Positions 20,787 to 30,783 of a stretch of DNA of 64,000 nucleotides are shown here, piece by piece. The stretch's first letter is position 1; every line of letters starts with the position of its first letter. Source of the DNA: a virus. A program made the translations under genes and the position numbers. The notes under the pieces are model-generated. The model did not search any database. It was not told the origin of the DNA and was given only the letters and a program-made list of their open reading frames with translations. The stretch lies in the IMG/VR virus record IMGVR_UViG_3300005838_000009, positions 3,818 to 67,817 of that record; one strand, given 5' to 3'.

Positions 20787-21540
20787 CACCTGAGTTATAA
20801 AGTGTAGTAACTTCTGCATCTGATAATGCCCTATTCCAAAACGATAGTTCATCTACTAATCCATCATATGGATTATCATTTCCTAAATACGCCTCACCAA
20901 GTGTAAGATTTCCACTAGGGTTATTATCACCTGGAGTTCCTGCTCTTGAACAAGAGTATTCATCTGTGCCATCATCTACTGTTACAGTTAGATTATTTGA
21001 ACATAATGAATAATCATATCTTACAGTAATCATATGCCATGCACCTGTTCCTACTGTTGCTGTAGTAACTCCAGAGTCATAAAGAGTAGTTGGACAAGCA
21101 GAAGGACAATAAGTTACTGCTCTAAGAGCACCACAAGTTCCTCTGAAATCAAGAACAAATCCATATAATGTACTTTTTGCATCAGTTTGATCAAGTATAA
21201 TATCTTGATGACTGGTTGTTGTAGGTTTTACCCAAAGATTAATAGTGAATTTTGCTGTTGATGATAATGTTTCATTGAATGTGGATAATGTACAACCAAA
21301 TTGTACTTTTTCTCCACATGCATCAAATAAAATATGACCACCTATTAAACCACATGCACAACTTTGAGTTGCATTTGTTACAGATCCATTTCCTAAACAT
21401 GTACCAACAGTATCTGCAGATTGTGACACATTAACCACAGCACCGCATGCTTCATCCATAGTCCAATAACCCAATAAACCAGTATCATTCATATTGGCAG
21501 AACTACCAGAGAATCTACTAGGATTCATTATTGGAGCCAT
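20767..21540 (-). CDS. LamG/concanavalin A-like domain protein, paralog B
   Basis: Collinear paralog of 10359-11135 (TGLLGYWTMDEACG...DAKSTL...PSGNLTLG...TTLYNSG.GFSIY). Confidence 0.85.
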   Translation of the reverse strand: MAPIMNPSRFSGSSANMNDTGLLGYWTMDEACGAVVNVSQSADTVGTCLGNGSVTNATQSCACGLIGGHILFDACGEKVQFGCTLSTFNETLSSTAKFTINLWVKPTTTSHQDIILDQTDAKSTLYGFVLDFRGTCGALRAVTYCPSACPTTLYDSGVTTATVGTGAWHMITVRYDYSLCSNNLTVTVDDGTDEYSCSRAGTPGDNNPSGNLTLGEAYLGNDNPYDGLVDELSFWNRALSDAEVTTLYNSGAGFSIY

Positions 21541-21549
21541 TATTTACTC

Positions 21550-23403
21550 CTAAGTCTTATACCCTATTAGGTATACTTTCATTCCTGCTGCTAAGTTATT
21601 AGTGTCAACTAGGTCTACAAATATTTCTATTAGAGAGTCCTCGGCTAAATCTGGTGCTGATATTACTGCTGGTGTTGCGGCAGTACCTGATGTTTTCTCG
21701 GATGCGTCTACGGTTACTTTAGTACATGCCATTACTGTTGTTCCTGCTTCGTGTACATCTACTGTTACTAGTGCTGCCCCGGTTCCAGCTACTGTTAATC
21801 CTACTTTAATATCTGTTAATGTGAATGCGTACGGCATATGCATGGTAACTACTGGTGTACAAGTACTAGCTGCGGCAAGTACGGTTGATTCATCACCTAA
21901 TGCAATTGCGATAGTTTCAATGGCTGCCTGTGTTCCTGTCTTAGCAGCTAAATCGAAATCTGTTCCTGCATCGTCTGTAAACTTTGGAGTATTAGGTGTT
22001 GCTGTTTTAACCCAAAACTGTCCTCTTCCAGCTACATCTGCTATTGCACAAGCACGTTCTTCTAATGCTAATGTTGAAACATGTACATCACCATCTTTAC
22101 TCCAATGATATACATTAGTCGATGATATCTGTACTAAATCTATGATAGGATCCGTTGTTATGGAGTTTCTTGTTCTTGTAATTCTAATTTTATATTCTCC
22201 CCCGTGGGTAGCCCATGATGGAGTGTCTTCTGCTAACCATAAAAGTTCACCAGTATTTCTAAATCCGTTAGTAGAATCTGTTGGTGAAAATGCTGTCCAA
22301 CTACATGCTGCTGTTGAAAATTCGAATGTAGGTGCTACACCAGGTCCACTTGCACCTGTACACACAAGAAATTCTACTTCTTGGAATGTTGCTGCATCAC
22401 CTATAGTAACTGTGTTATTATCACATGGGAAGAATGTAATATTACCTGCTCCACCACATTGTAATGCTGTAAGTTGACTACAAGCACAAACTAGGATAGA
22501 ATCCATATCACCGAAAGTACCTGAATTATGTTCAATCGGGGCTACATTAATACCAGTAGTCATACCATAAACAGTAGCACATCCTACAGATGTAGAAAGA
22601 ACTTCAAATGCATTAATCTCACCACCACATGACAGTGACTCATCTATGTTAGATAGGAATACCTCTTCCTCTTCACCTACTGCTATAGCACCTGTTGTGA
22701 AATTAGCATCAAATGCTTTTACATCACCAAAACCTGCGGCATTAATATCTAGTTCAAACCCATGATCATCGCTCTCAGTTGCTGTATGACATAATTGATT
22801 AGTACCAGATATATGAAGTGTTGCTGTAGGTGTAGATGTTCCTACACCAAAATTATTACATGTGTTACAATAGAATAGATTAGCGTTATCTTGTGCTACT
22901 GCACAGCTTGCTGAGAATAAAACACTACCATTTGTGATTGAACCTATATTACCATCACCTGTGTTAGTACCTGAAGTATTACCTAAAACTGTTTTTTCTG
23001 CATCTGTTACGGCATTTGTACAAGCGTTAGCCTCATATGCTGTTTTGATCTCTGCGTTAGATTGATCTGCTGTAGCATTTGCCTCAGGGGCATCAGTTAA
23101 TTTTGATAAAGCAATAGAACCTGCAAGCATACCACTAGTTACTTTTAATGCACCGATTGCAGTTACACCAGCATTAGTTATTGTTATATCTCCTGAAACT
23201 GCTACAAGTGCGCCTACGGCACAAGCATTACCAACAATGATTTGACCACTACATATTGCTTCTAATTTAGATACTGCTATTGCTGCACAAGCATTTATAT
23301 TTGCATTTAGGATTACACCACAACCAATACCAGCAGATGTTAGTGCTTTTGTTGTATCTGCAGTTCCACCAGTGCCATCTCCCGCATCAGCTGAACCAGG
23401 CAT
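21550..23403 (-). CDS. Head/neck fibre protein with shared C-terminal domain (paralog 3 of 3)
   Basis: Fibre repeats (AAIAVSKL, EANATADQSNAEIKTAYEAN, GVGTSTPTATLHI) and the shared C-terminal domain. Confidence 0.7.
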   Translation of the reverse strand: MPGSADAGDGTGGTADTTKALTSAGIGCGVILNANINACAAIAVSKLEAICSGQIIVGNACAVGALVAVSGDITITNAGVTAIGALKVTSGMLAGSIALSKLTDAPEANATADQSNAEIKTAYEANACTNAVTDAEKTVLGNTSGTNTGDGNIGSITNGSVLFSASCAVAQDNANLFYCNTCNNFGVGTSTPTATLHISGTNQLCHTATESDDHGFELDINAAGFGDVKAFDANFTTGAIAVGEEEEVFLSNIDESLSCGGEINAFEVLSTSVGCATVYGMTTGINVAPIEHNSGTFGDMDSILVCACSQLTALQCGGAGNITFFPCDNNTVTIGDAATFQEVEFLVCTGASGPGVAPTFEFSTAACSWTAFSPTDSTNGFRNTGELLWLAEDTPSWATHGGEYKIRITRTRNSITTDPIIDLVQISSTNVYHWSKDGDVHVSTLALEERACAIADVAGRGQFWVKTATPNTPKFTDDAGTDFDLAAKTGTQAAIETIAIALGDESTVLAAASTCTPVVTMHMPYAFTLTDIKVGLTVAGTGAALVTVDVHEAGTTVMACTKVTVDASEKTSGTAATPAVISAPDLAEDSLIEIFVDLVDTNNLAAGMKVYLIGYKT

Positions 23404-23807
23404 TAATTTTCACCGCGATGCCAGATATCTACATTTGTAGTTAAAGTTGTATGTTTAACTTGAACAATAAATTTAGTCCAAGGATTAGAAAAAGTAACTA
23501 CTGTTGGTGCTACGGTTGTTGCTATACTTCCAGTTTGAATTACAACCCAACCTTCATCATCATCATTTGTACCTGTTGGAGCTACTATTGAAGATAAAGG
23601 TCTTGCATTTGCTAGTACCCTCCAATCTAAATCACCGGTTGTTTTATTATGAATAACTAAAACTGATTCTCTAATTGCTCTTGCATCTACATCTAATCCA
23701 TCTGTGAATGCACATGTGGTTGCTACTCCTTCATTTTCATTATAAATTCCTATTAGGGAGCCCCCATCATTAGCTATCTTCTCACGATTAGTATTAATTT
23801 GAGCCAT
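23403..23807 (-). CDS. Virion structural protein
   Basis: Beta-rich ORF in the head/neck module with its own TATA box. Confidence 0.5.
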   Translation of the reverse strand: MAQINTNREKIANDGGSLIGIYNENEGVATTCAFTDGLDVDARAIRESVLVIHNKTTGDLDWRVLANARPLSSIVAPTGTNDDDEGWVVIQTGSIATTVAPTVVTFSNPWTKFIVQVKHTTLTTNVDIWHRGEN

Positions 23808-23857
23808 ATAAATATATATAGCGGTAAATCTTATATAAGGTTTATTATAAAAAAGGG

Positions 23858-24229
23858 TTAGTACCCAACTACTCTTAGTCTAAATGTTGCATTAATTGCA
23901 TCGGCATTGTCTGCTTCATCTAGAGCTGCACTGGCAGTGCCTGATTCATAGATTTTCAACTTACCTAATGTTGCTGCATCATTTGCACCGTGAACATATT
24001 GAGCCACTACACCGATAGTTGTTTCCATAACTTCAACTGCTATAATTGTATCAAATCTACCATCTAGAGATAAATCAACTACATTTCCTGCAATATCATA
24101 ATCTTCACAAGATGCATAGACTACATCAACAATAGCGGTTTTTAGCTGTGATGTTAATTCTGCTTGAGGAGTTAAGGTCTTTCCTGTAACTTTCTCATAG
24201 TTAGAATTTACTGATATGGTCAGTGTCAT
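23858..24229 (-). CDS. Putative capsid decoration protein
   Basis: Small beta-rich ORF directly downstream of the major capsid gene. Confidence 0.5.
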   Translation of the reverse strand: MTLTISVNSNYEKVTGKTLTPQAELTSQLKTAIVDVVYASCEDYDIAGNVVDLSLDGRFDTIIAVEVMETTIGVVAQYVHGANDAATLGKLKIYESGTASAALDEADNADAINATFRLRVVGY

Positions 24230-24282
24230 ATCTACTGAATGTGCATTGTGGTATATAAAGTTTAGTTTATAAATGATTATAG

Positions 24283-24316
24283 AGTCCCCTTTTCAAGGGA
24301 TTTAAATAAAAAAAAT
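24283..24316 (-). terminator. Probable terminator after the major capsid gene
   Basis: Minus-strand oligo-T run (24308-24316) followed by a short AGTCCC/GGGATT hairpin. Confidence 0.45.
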
Positions 24317-24359
24317 ACTTAAGCATACGCCTAAATACTTGGGTTCAAATGTGGTTTGT

Positions 24360-25592
24360 CTAGAGTTTAATGTCTCTCAACTTACCTTGAGCGATGAAAC
24401 TTCTACATGTAAGCTCACCCATAGTTCTGAATACACCTTTCTCAACGAATGCATTGTTGATGAATGGATATCCTGGACTTCTGCGTGTTGCTTCGTAGTA
24501 TTCTGTTGGAATAGATACCATGATACCTAATCTTGGGTAACCATATCCTTCTGCATCAGATGTATCCAATGCAAATAGTCTTCCGACTTCAGATGTATCA
24601 CAAGAATTGCTTGGTGCATCTTTGGTTGGAATGAATGGGACTCCATAGATTGAGTCGACATGAATACCGACACCTGTGCCTTTGAATGTTTGAATACCGT
24701 TTACATCGACTTGTACTAATGCTTCGCCATATGGATTTGCAATACGGACGGATGGCATGTATAAGCCTTGAATTTCGGAATAAACTTCGTGGCTGCCCAA
24801 AAATACGTTAGGATCTTTACCTGCTTTGATACGGATTTTTCTAAGGAATGTTCTTAAAACATCATCAGTAACTATACCGTTGGTACCAATGGCACCAGAG
24901 GCAGAACATACTGTTGAATCGTAAGTTGTTCCACTATCCCTATCAATGGTTGCATTTGCTGCCCATGGGTCATACATACCTGTACCACATGAACCACCGG
25001 TTACATCTTCTTCAGCGTCACTTGAGATGACTCTGTCTAAAGATTCCCAGTTGAGGGTTCCCCCCCATGCACCACAGTTTGTAACTGCTGGTAATTCAAC
25101 ATCAGATAAGAGCATTCTGTTAAGAAGTTCTTTGTGTTGTACAGCCATGAATAATCTGAGTGAGCCTAAGCCACCCCAAATGTCATCTTTGCTGTGTGTT
25201 GCCAACCATTCCATTACCTCTGAGGCACTGAATGGTAGTTGTGCAGTTTTTGGTCTAACGTCAATTTCTGCGAGTGTTGGTTTGATTGTATCTGCGATTA
25301 AGCCGCCTTCTGCAGTACCGCCTAATGCGGTGTTGTTGCAGCATCCTGTATCTGCTAATGTGTCTGCTTTAGCAGTAATAACCCTCCATCCAGATTTATC
25401 CCAAGGATACTTTGGTAAAATACCAAAAGCATTTGCTTCAAGATTTAACTGGGCCCAAGCATATGCGCCAAAGATGGCGTTGAATGTACCTGCGGTTGAA
25501 GTAGTTATTGGGGCGTCGGCCTTTCGTAGGCTGTTTCGGTTATGTCCATAGTATAGTGCTTCTAGTTCATCAATAGTTTGTATTTTTACCAT
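24360..25592 (-). CDS. Major capsid protein (HK97 fold)
   Basis: 410 aa after protease and scaffold; ILPKYPWDKSGWRV, IYGVPFIP and GELTCR motifs as in archaeal tailed-virus capsid proteins. Confidence 0.85.
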   Translation of the reverse strand: MVKIQTIDELEALYYGHNRNSLRKADAPITTSTAGTFNAIFGAYAWAQLNLEANAFGILPKYPWDKSGWRVITAKADTLADTGCCNNTALGGTAEGGLIADTIKPTLAEIDVRPKTAQLPFSASEVMEWLATHSKDDIWGGLGSLRLFMAVQHKELLNRMLLSDVELPAVTNCGAWGGTLNWESLDRVISSDAEEDVTGGSCGTGMYDPWAANATIDRDSGTTYDSTVCSASGAIGTNGIVTDDVLRTFLRKIRIKAGKDPNVFLGSHEVYSEIQGLYMPSVRIANPYGEALVQVDVNGIQTFKGTGVGIHVDSIYGVPFIPTKDAPSNSCDTSEVGRLFALDTSDAEGYGYPRLGIMVSIPTEYYEATRRSPGYPFINNAFVEKGVFRTMGELTCRSFIAQGKLRDIKL

Positions 25593-26176
25593 TGTGGAAC
25601 CTCACTATCTTCTGGAGCTCCGAAGTCACCTTTAAGAATACGTCTGCCTACATTACTAAGACCTTCATAGCCTTCAGTTCGTGCAGCTTTTAACACTTCA
25701 CTTACTTGTCTACCATATGATTTCTCAACGGTTTCTAGGGCTGCGCCTGGTCTTGGTGTTTCTGTAGTAAAGACTTGTTCTGCTTGAGATAAACTTTTCT
25801 CCTGCATGCTTAAGGAATTTTTATCAGATGCTTGTCCATTTTCAGGATCAGCTTCTTTGATTCCAGCTTGTGAAGAATTGCTTTGATAAGTATCTGGAGC
25901 TTTGACTTTAGCACCAATATCCTCGTCAGCTGAAACTTTTGGTTTCAATGGCAAGTCTGTTGGAGTTTCTAGAGCTTTTAGTCTAGCATCAAATCCGTCT
26001 ACTGTTGCACCGACATTCTTGATCTCATCTTTAAGACCATTAATATCGAAGTTTTTGATTGTCTCGGTTAGAGCATCTAATGAAGATCCGAATTGGGATT
26101 TCTCTTTATCTTCTTTTTCTTCTTTAGATTCGTCTTTTTCTTCGTCGTTCTCTTGTTTTTTAACTTCGTCAGTCAT
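25586..26176 (-). CDS. Scaffolding protein
   Basis: Acidic coiled-coil protein with no Cys, directly upstream of the capsid gene. Confidence 0.65.
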   Translation of the reverse strand: MTDEVKKQENDEEKDESKEEKEDKEKSQFGSSLDALTETIKNFDINGLKDEIKNVGATVDGFDARLKALETPTDLPLKPKVSADEDIGAKVKAPDTYQSNSSQAGIKEADPENGQASDKNSLSMQEKSLSQAEQVFTTETPRPGAALETVEKSYGRQVSEVLKAARTEGYEGLSNVGRRILKGDFGAPEDSEVPQW

Positions 26177-26218
26177 GTTGTTATTTATTATAAACGTTTC
26201 TTGTTATATAAAGATATG

Positions 26219-29089
26219 CTATATAAGCTTATTTTTGAATTCCATGTTTAATTGGTGAATTATAATACTTTTTTCGAAGTTTTCGTTAGATCCACCAGTT
26301 GCATTGTCTTCTCCACCTGTATATGGTCTCTCTTCTGTCTTTCTAGGGTTATCTTTAGCACCTGTATCTTGTTGTGATGTCTCATAGGCTGCCCCGGCTC
26401 TAACTCCTCCAGAACCTGCATTACCACCACCGTCAACAGGAACTGATTTATGTTGTTCAGCATTTTCTTGTGCTTCATACCCACCAATAACATCTTTATG
26501 TGTTGATAACTCACTACAATCATCTTGTGTACCTGTGATATTTGAATGTGACATTGACCCTTGAACTCTAGATGGTGGTACTTTACCCATTACCATTGCA
26601 TGGTGTTCATCAGTAGATGCATGTACACCAGGTTTCTGTTTAGATTCACCTTGTTTCCATCCTGCTACATTGTTTACTTTTTTCTGTTTAGTCTCAAAAG
26701 ATTCTGCTGGGGGGTCATTATCTAATCTAATCTTTCTATTAACACCATCTTCTGAATTATTAGCTTCTAACTGTGGATCACCATATGCTTTATCTAGACC
26801 TTTAGCTCCTTCTTCATTTGTAGTAGCATTAACATGTTTAGGTTGTATAGCCTCTTGTGGGGATTTAGATTCATCTTCTCTTGTTACTCCTGGTTCTCTT
26901 CCCCAGTTACCTCCACCTGGTTCACCTGTATATGTGTTATCTGAATTTGTTTTAAGTTTACCTGCTGTTTCTGGTGTAATTGACTGTGCACCAACTGGTT
27001 TAGTATTATTTCTACCCATACTTCTTCCACCAAAATTACCTCTTAGATTTTGTTCTAATGCACTACCAGAAGGACAATCATTATCACTAACTCTAGAATG
27101 TGGCACGTTACCACGTAATGCAGCCATCTCTGATTCACTTTCTGCATTTCTTCCAGGTTTCTGTTTACTATCTTTTATATCATAAATATCTTCTTGATGA
27201 CTAGTTTTATATGCATACCATATATCTCCTTTCTCATCTACAAAATGTGGTTCCATTTTACATAGTGTTTCTTTTTTATCTTTATCATTATACTCTCTAA
27301 CAACTTCACATGTGTTATAACAACCACCTTGTTTTAATTTATCTGCTATCTCTGGATCTAGGTGTGTTGCTTCATGATTTGATAGTTGTGCATCTTGTAC
27401 ATTACCATGTTGCATATGTTCTTTCTTAGGATTAGTTAATTCTCCATACGCACCTGCTGGTTTGTTTCTTGTGTTCATACCTACTTTAGAACCTGGAACA
27501 CCAGGTTTATTTTCATCTTTAATATTACGAGCACTTGGTGTTGGTGTTTTTAAACCAACTCCTGCTTTTACTGAAAATGTTGCTGCTAACACATCTAATG
27601 ATTTAGCTTGAATTTGTTTACCTCCAACTATAGTTTTATTTCCATAAGGTTTCTTTGCTCCTTGTCCTAAACCTATTCTAGACTCTCTACGTCTTAATTG
27701 AGCTGGTGACATTGTATGTGTTTCTACAGTATTGCCTATTTTATAACCTTCACCTGTTCGACTAGTCATTCTACCTTGTGGTTTCTCTTCTGTTGTTTTA
27801 GGTTTCTTACCCATAACTTTAGGCATTTTATTTCCATATCTATCTACTTTATCACCTGTATCATTAGTTTGATCATATTTAGGACCTCCTGGATTATCTG
27901 AATCTGATTTACAAGTTTCTTCTGAATTAACTCCATTTACATAACTAGCTACTCCTGAACCAATAGCTTCTGCTGCACCAGTTCCAACCTCTTGTGCTAT
28001 CTTTCCACCAGTCTCAGCAGCTGAAGATAATACTTTATCAGCACCTGCTGCTAATGCACCTACGATTTTATTAGTTGGTCTTACTGGACCTTCACCTTCA
28101 TTATTTGCATATTCTAATTTCTTTTCTTCTTCAAGTCCTGCTCTATCTAACATTAAATCTTCATCTTTATCCATAGCTTTTTCATCTTTTAGTTTAGGAG
28201 TACCAGCTAAATTATCTACATCTGCATGTTCTACTTCAGCATATCTTGCAGAATCAACAACAGATCTTCCTTTATACATATCATAATTACCTCTACCAGC
28301 TGACTCTGCATTCTGCATAATTTTTTTAGGATCAGTTTCTTCTGGGTTTGGGTCAGCTACTTTTGATGTTCCATGATAAGTTGCACCATTATCTTGGTTA
28401 GGTCCTTGGCTACGGTCAGCTTCTAGAGCTTCTGCTTTTGGATCAATTTGAGGTTTATTTTTATCAGTTACATCTGCGAATGCTTCACCATTCTTTTTAA
28501 CATAACATTTGAATTTATCACATCTAATACACATAGTTCCATCTCCTCTGTCTGTGGAGTTACCTGCCATGGCTTTTGCTATTCTATTATGTTGAGTAAT
28601 CAATGCTAATGGTACTGCAGGCTCTTCACATACTGCTACTTCATATTGTTCTAAATCTTTTAGAGCATAAGCCACTGATCCATCTTTTTCTAATATAGGT
28701 GTTCTATCTGTTTTAGTTGCTCCTCCAAATGATAATCCCTTATATTTACCTGATTTAATAGAATTCCAAATTTCATTATCTAATTCATAATCCTTAAAAA
28801 TTTCACCTTGAATAGTGATAGCTGCAAATTCTTTTCCTTCTGAGTCTTTTACGGTTGTTGATGCATAATTGATTCCTTTACCCACAACTCTATTACTATG
28901 AGTATCTGTAATAGGACCACCTCTAGCAATCCAAATAGGTAATACCTTCATTAACTCATCTCGTACAGTTATCTCTCCTTGCCTATCCTTCATCTCTACG
29001 GTCAACACACCCTCAAATAGTCTTCTATTACTATCTACGGCTGTTAGATCTTTAGTGATAAGCTTAGAAAAAAATAGGTTATCGTCCAT
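26219..29089 (-). CDS. Prohead protease with ~750-aa low-complexity C-terminal extension
   Basis: N-terminal HK97-type protease motifs: DRQGE, TDTHSNRVVG (His), GLSFGG (Ser), EVAVCEEPA. Confidence 0.85.
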   Translation of the reverse strand: MDDNLFFSKLITKDLTAVDSNRRLFEGVLTVEMKDRQGEITVRDELMKVLPIWIARGGPITDTHSNRVVGKGINYASTTVKDSEGKEFAAITIQGEIFKDYELDNEIWNSIKSGKYKGLSFGGATKTDRTPILEKDGSVAYALKDLEQYEVAVCEEPAVPLALITQHNRIAKAMAGNSTDRGDGTMCIRCDKFKCYVKKNGEAFADVTDKNKPQIDPKAEALEADRSQGPNQDNGATYHGTSKVADPNPEETDPKKIMQNAESAGRGNYDMYKGRSVVDSARYAEVEHADVDNLAGTPKLKDEKAMDKDEDLMLDRAGLEEEKKLEYANNEGEGPVRPTNKIVGALAAGADKVLSSAAETGGKIAQEVGTGAAEAIGSGVASYVNGVNSEETCKSDSDNPGGPKYDQTNDTGDKVDRYGNKMPKVMGKKPKTTEEKPQGRMTSRTGEGYKIGNTVETHTMSPAQLRRRESRIGLGQGAKKPYGNKTIVGGKQIQAKSLDVLAATFSVKAGVGLKTPTPSARNIKDENKPGVPGSKVGMNTRNKPAGAYGELTNPKKEHMQHGNVQDAQLSNHEATHLDPEIADKLKQGGCYNTCEVVREYNDKDKKETLCKMEPHFVDEKGDIWYAYKTSHQEDIYDIKDSKQKPGRNAESESEMAALRGNVPHSRVSDNDCPSGSALEQNLRGNFGGRSMGRNNTKPVGAQSITPETAGKLKTNSDNTYTGEPGGGNWGREPGVTREDESKSPQEAIQPKHVNATTNEEGAKGLDKAYGDPQLEANNSEDGVNRKIRLDNDPPAESFETKQKKVNNVAGWKQGESKQKPGVHASTDEHHAMVMGKVPPSRVQGSMSHSNITGTQDDCSELSTHKDVIGGYEAQENAEQHKSVPVDGGGNAGSGGVRAGAAYETSQQDTGAKDNPRKTEERPYTGGEDNATGGSNENFEKSIIIHQLNMEFKNKLI

Positions 29090-29125
29090 GAGATTTATAT
29101 AGTATTATACTATTTAATAATTTCC

Positions 29126-29317
29126 CTAGGAAGAAGCAACCTTGTTTCTGTTTTTCACTATATCGGCTGTGATAACAAATGCGATTGGTGCTAATATAAC
29201 TGCTAGTGCTTGTAAGTTCTCGATTGGGACTTTATCCAATCCGACTACTAAACCAACTAATGCAGTATATGCCCATAGGGCATGATATCTGAGTCGACCT
29301 ACTTGTTCGAATACCAT
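29126..29317 (-). CDS. Small two-TM membrane protein (holin-like)
   Basis: Two hydrophobic segments and a basic C-terminus. Confidence 0.45.
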   Translation of the reverse strand: MVFEQVGRLRYHALWAYTALVGLVVGLDKVPIENLQALAVILAPIAFVITADIVKNRNKVASS

Positions 29318-29347
29318 ATTCTGCTTACGTTGATGGATTATATAAAC

Positions 29348-29632
29348 TTATTCTTTATCGTTTTCTTCCTGCCTGAGTAATTCTCTAGTAAGATCTGCTA
29401 ATTCAGGATCTTCCCCGTGTGCTTTCTCTGTCTGCCTATCTATTGCTTTTGTTATTATTAATAGGGCCTTCCTAATAATAAGTATAGATTGTTTAAGATT
29501 TAATATATCATCTGCATTATCCTTTATTTCTTGTTTCTTTAACCTAAAATAATTAACAACATACCCACTAGTGGACACAGTTATTAGTAAAACTATACCA
29601 GATATAACACATGTTAGTACACCACACAACAT
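29348..29632 (-). CDS. Membrane-anchored coiled-coil protein
   Basis: N-terminal TM helix followed by a coiled coil. Confidence 0.5.
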   Translation of the reverse strand: MLCGVLTCVISGIVLLITVSTSGYVVNYFRLKKQEIKDNADDILNLKQSILIIRKALLIITKAIDRQTEKAHGEDPELADLTRELLRQEENDKE

Positions 29633-29917
29633 TTATGCCACCGGCTTTAGTAATTTTTCTTCTATTAATTCTATAATCATAAACCTATTACGTAATATTT
29701 CATTTGTGAATTCATCCCTAACGTTAGGGTAGATTGAAAAATACCCACAACCCCAACAAAATTTTATACTATATGTTTTAACTCCTTGGTTTCCATTAAC
29801 ATGTTCGAACGCACGGTCTATAGTATATCTTGTTATATGTCGTTTACATTTCTTACACGAGTTGTACCCATCAGGCATACGTTTATATAAGTGCTCTTGG
29901 TATATAAAGTATGACAA
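29633..29917 (-). CDS. Zinc-ribbon protein (likely start at MPDG)
   Basis: CKKC...CWGC. Confidence 0.5.
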   Translation of the reverse strand: MSYFIYQEHLYKRMPDGYNSCKKCKRHITRYTIDRAFEHVNGNQGVKTYSIKFCWGCGYFSIYPNVRDEFTNEILRNRFMIIELIEEKLLKPVA

Positions 29918-30339
29918 ACGCGTCTGTGTATGTATATGAGACTCTAGAAGAATATGTTAAATTATACCCACAAGGACAAGATGTAATAGCTGAAAATCAC
30001 TTATCTGCGTTACATATTAATGAAAAATCCATAGTATTAGTTAGTGGTAAATCTGACAAAGGTGCAAAATATAAACCAGATTTCTCTAAAAGTTTGGTGT
30101 ATTTTGATGGTGGTGAAGAAGGATTTGATAAATATGAAAAAGATTTTGAACCTGTAGTTGAAGTAATACGTAGTAAAGATAATATAACATTTGTTGGTCA
30201 AGAAATAGAAAAACATCTAACTATTGCTAGATCATATGATCATGAAGGAGAAGAATCAATGGGACATATTAAAGGATATATTCTATATGATACTACTAGA
30301 CCTCGTATTAATTTAATAATGAGACCAGTAAAACACTGA
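29911..30339 (+). CDS. Hypothetical protein
   Basis: 142-aa ORF with an upstream TTTATATA box (~29882-29889); lone plus-strand gene in this block. Confidence 0.6.
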   Translation: MTNASVYVYETLEEYVKLYPQGQDVIAENHLSALHINEKSIVLVSGKSDKGAKYKPDFSKSLVYFDGGEEGFDKYEKDFEPVVEVIRSKDNITFVGQEIEKHLTIARSYDHEGEESMGHIKGYILYDTTRPRINLIMRPVKH

Positions 30340-30783
30340 TTATTTTCTAAAGTTTTTAGTTATACCTTCTCTAAATAAGAAATCTTTACCTTGTGTTTTT
30401 CTCATAGAACGCCAAAATGGGTCTACTTTTGTAGTTCCACCACCCTTTCTAAATTTCTTTAGTGTACCTCTAATCACATGATGACAGTTATAACATAATC
30501 TAGCATTAAGTTGTTTAGTATCCCAAGTGTATTTACTACAGAACATACACATATCCCAACCTTTATCGGCTACAGTAACCAACGTATGTACTGCATCTTT
30601 ATGTCTACGGCATCTACCACATACATTAAATAACGTTGCAGATACAGCTTTCTTCTTTTCACAACGCCAACAGAAACCTTCTTTATGATTATTTACTGCT
30701 TTTTGTTCATCTTTCTGGTGCATCTCCCATAATTTATCACCTACTTTGGTTCCACCTGTATTTACATCTAGTTTATCAGCCAA
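30340..30783 (-). CDS. Multi-CxxC zinc-binding protein
   Basis: Four CxxC pairs. Confidence 0.6.
   Translation of the reverse strand: MADKLDVNTGGTKVGDKLWEMHQKDEQKAVNNHKEGFCWRCEKKKAVSATLFNVCGRCRRHKDAVHTLVTVADKGWDMCMFCSKYTWDTKQLNARLCYNCHHVIRGTLKKFRKGGGTTKVDPFWRSMRKTQGKDFLFREGITKNFRK

Noticed and set aside
10359-21540. LamG paralogs as template/variable repeats of a diversity-generating retroelement
   Set aside because: No reverse transcriptase is in the window, both copies are intact genes, and the differences are not confined to adenines.
7321-25592. Cys excess caused by reassignment of TGT/TGC codons
   Set aside because: The same codons encode canonical CxxC ligands in the HNH, Cas4 and zinc-ribbon proteins, and the tape measure and scaffold lack the excess. 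No recoding tRNA was seen.
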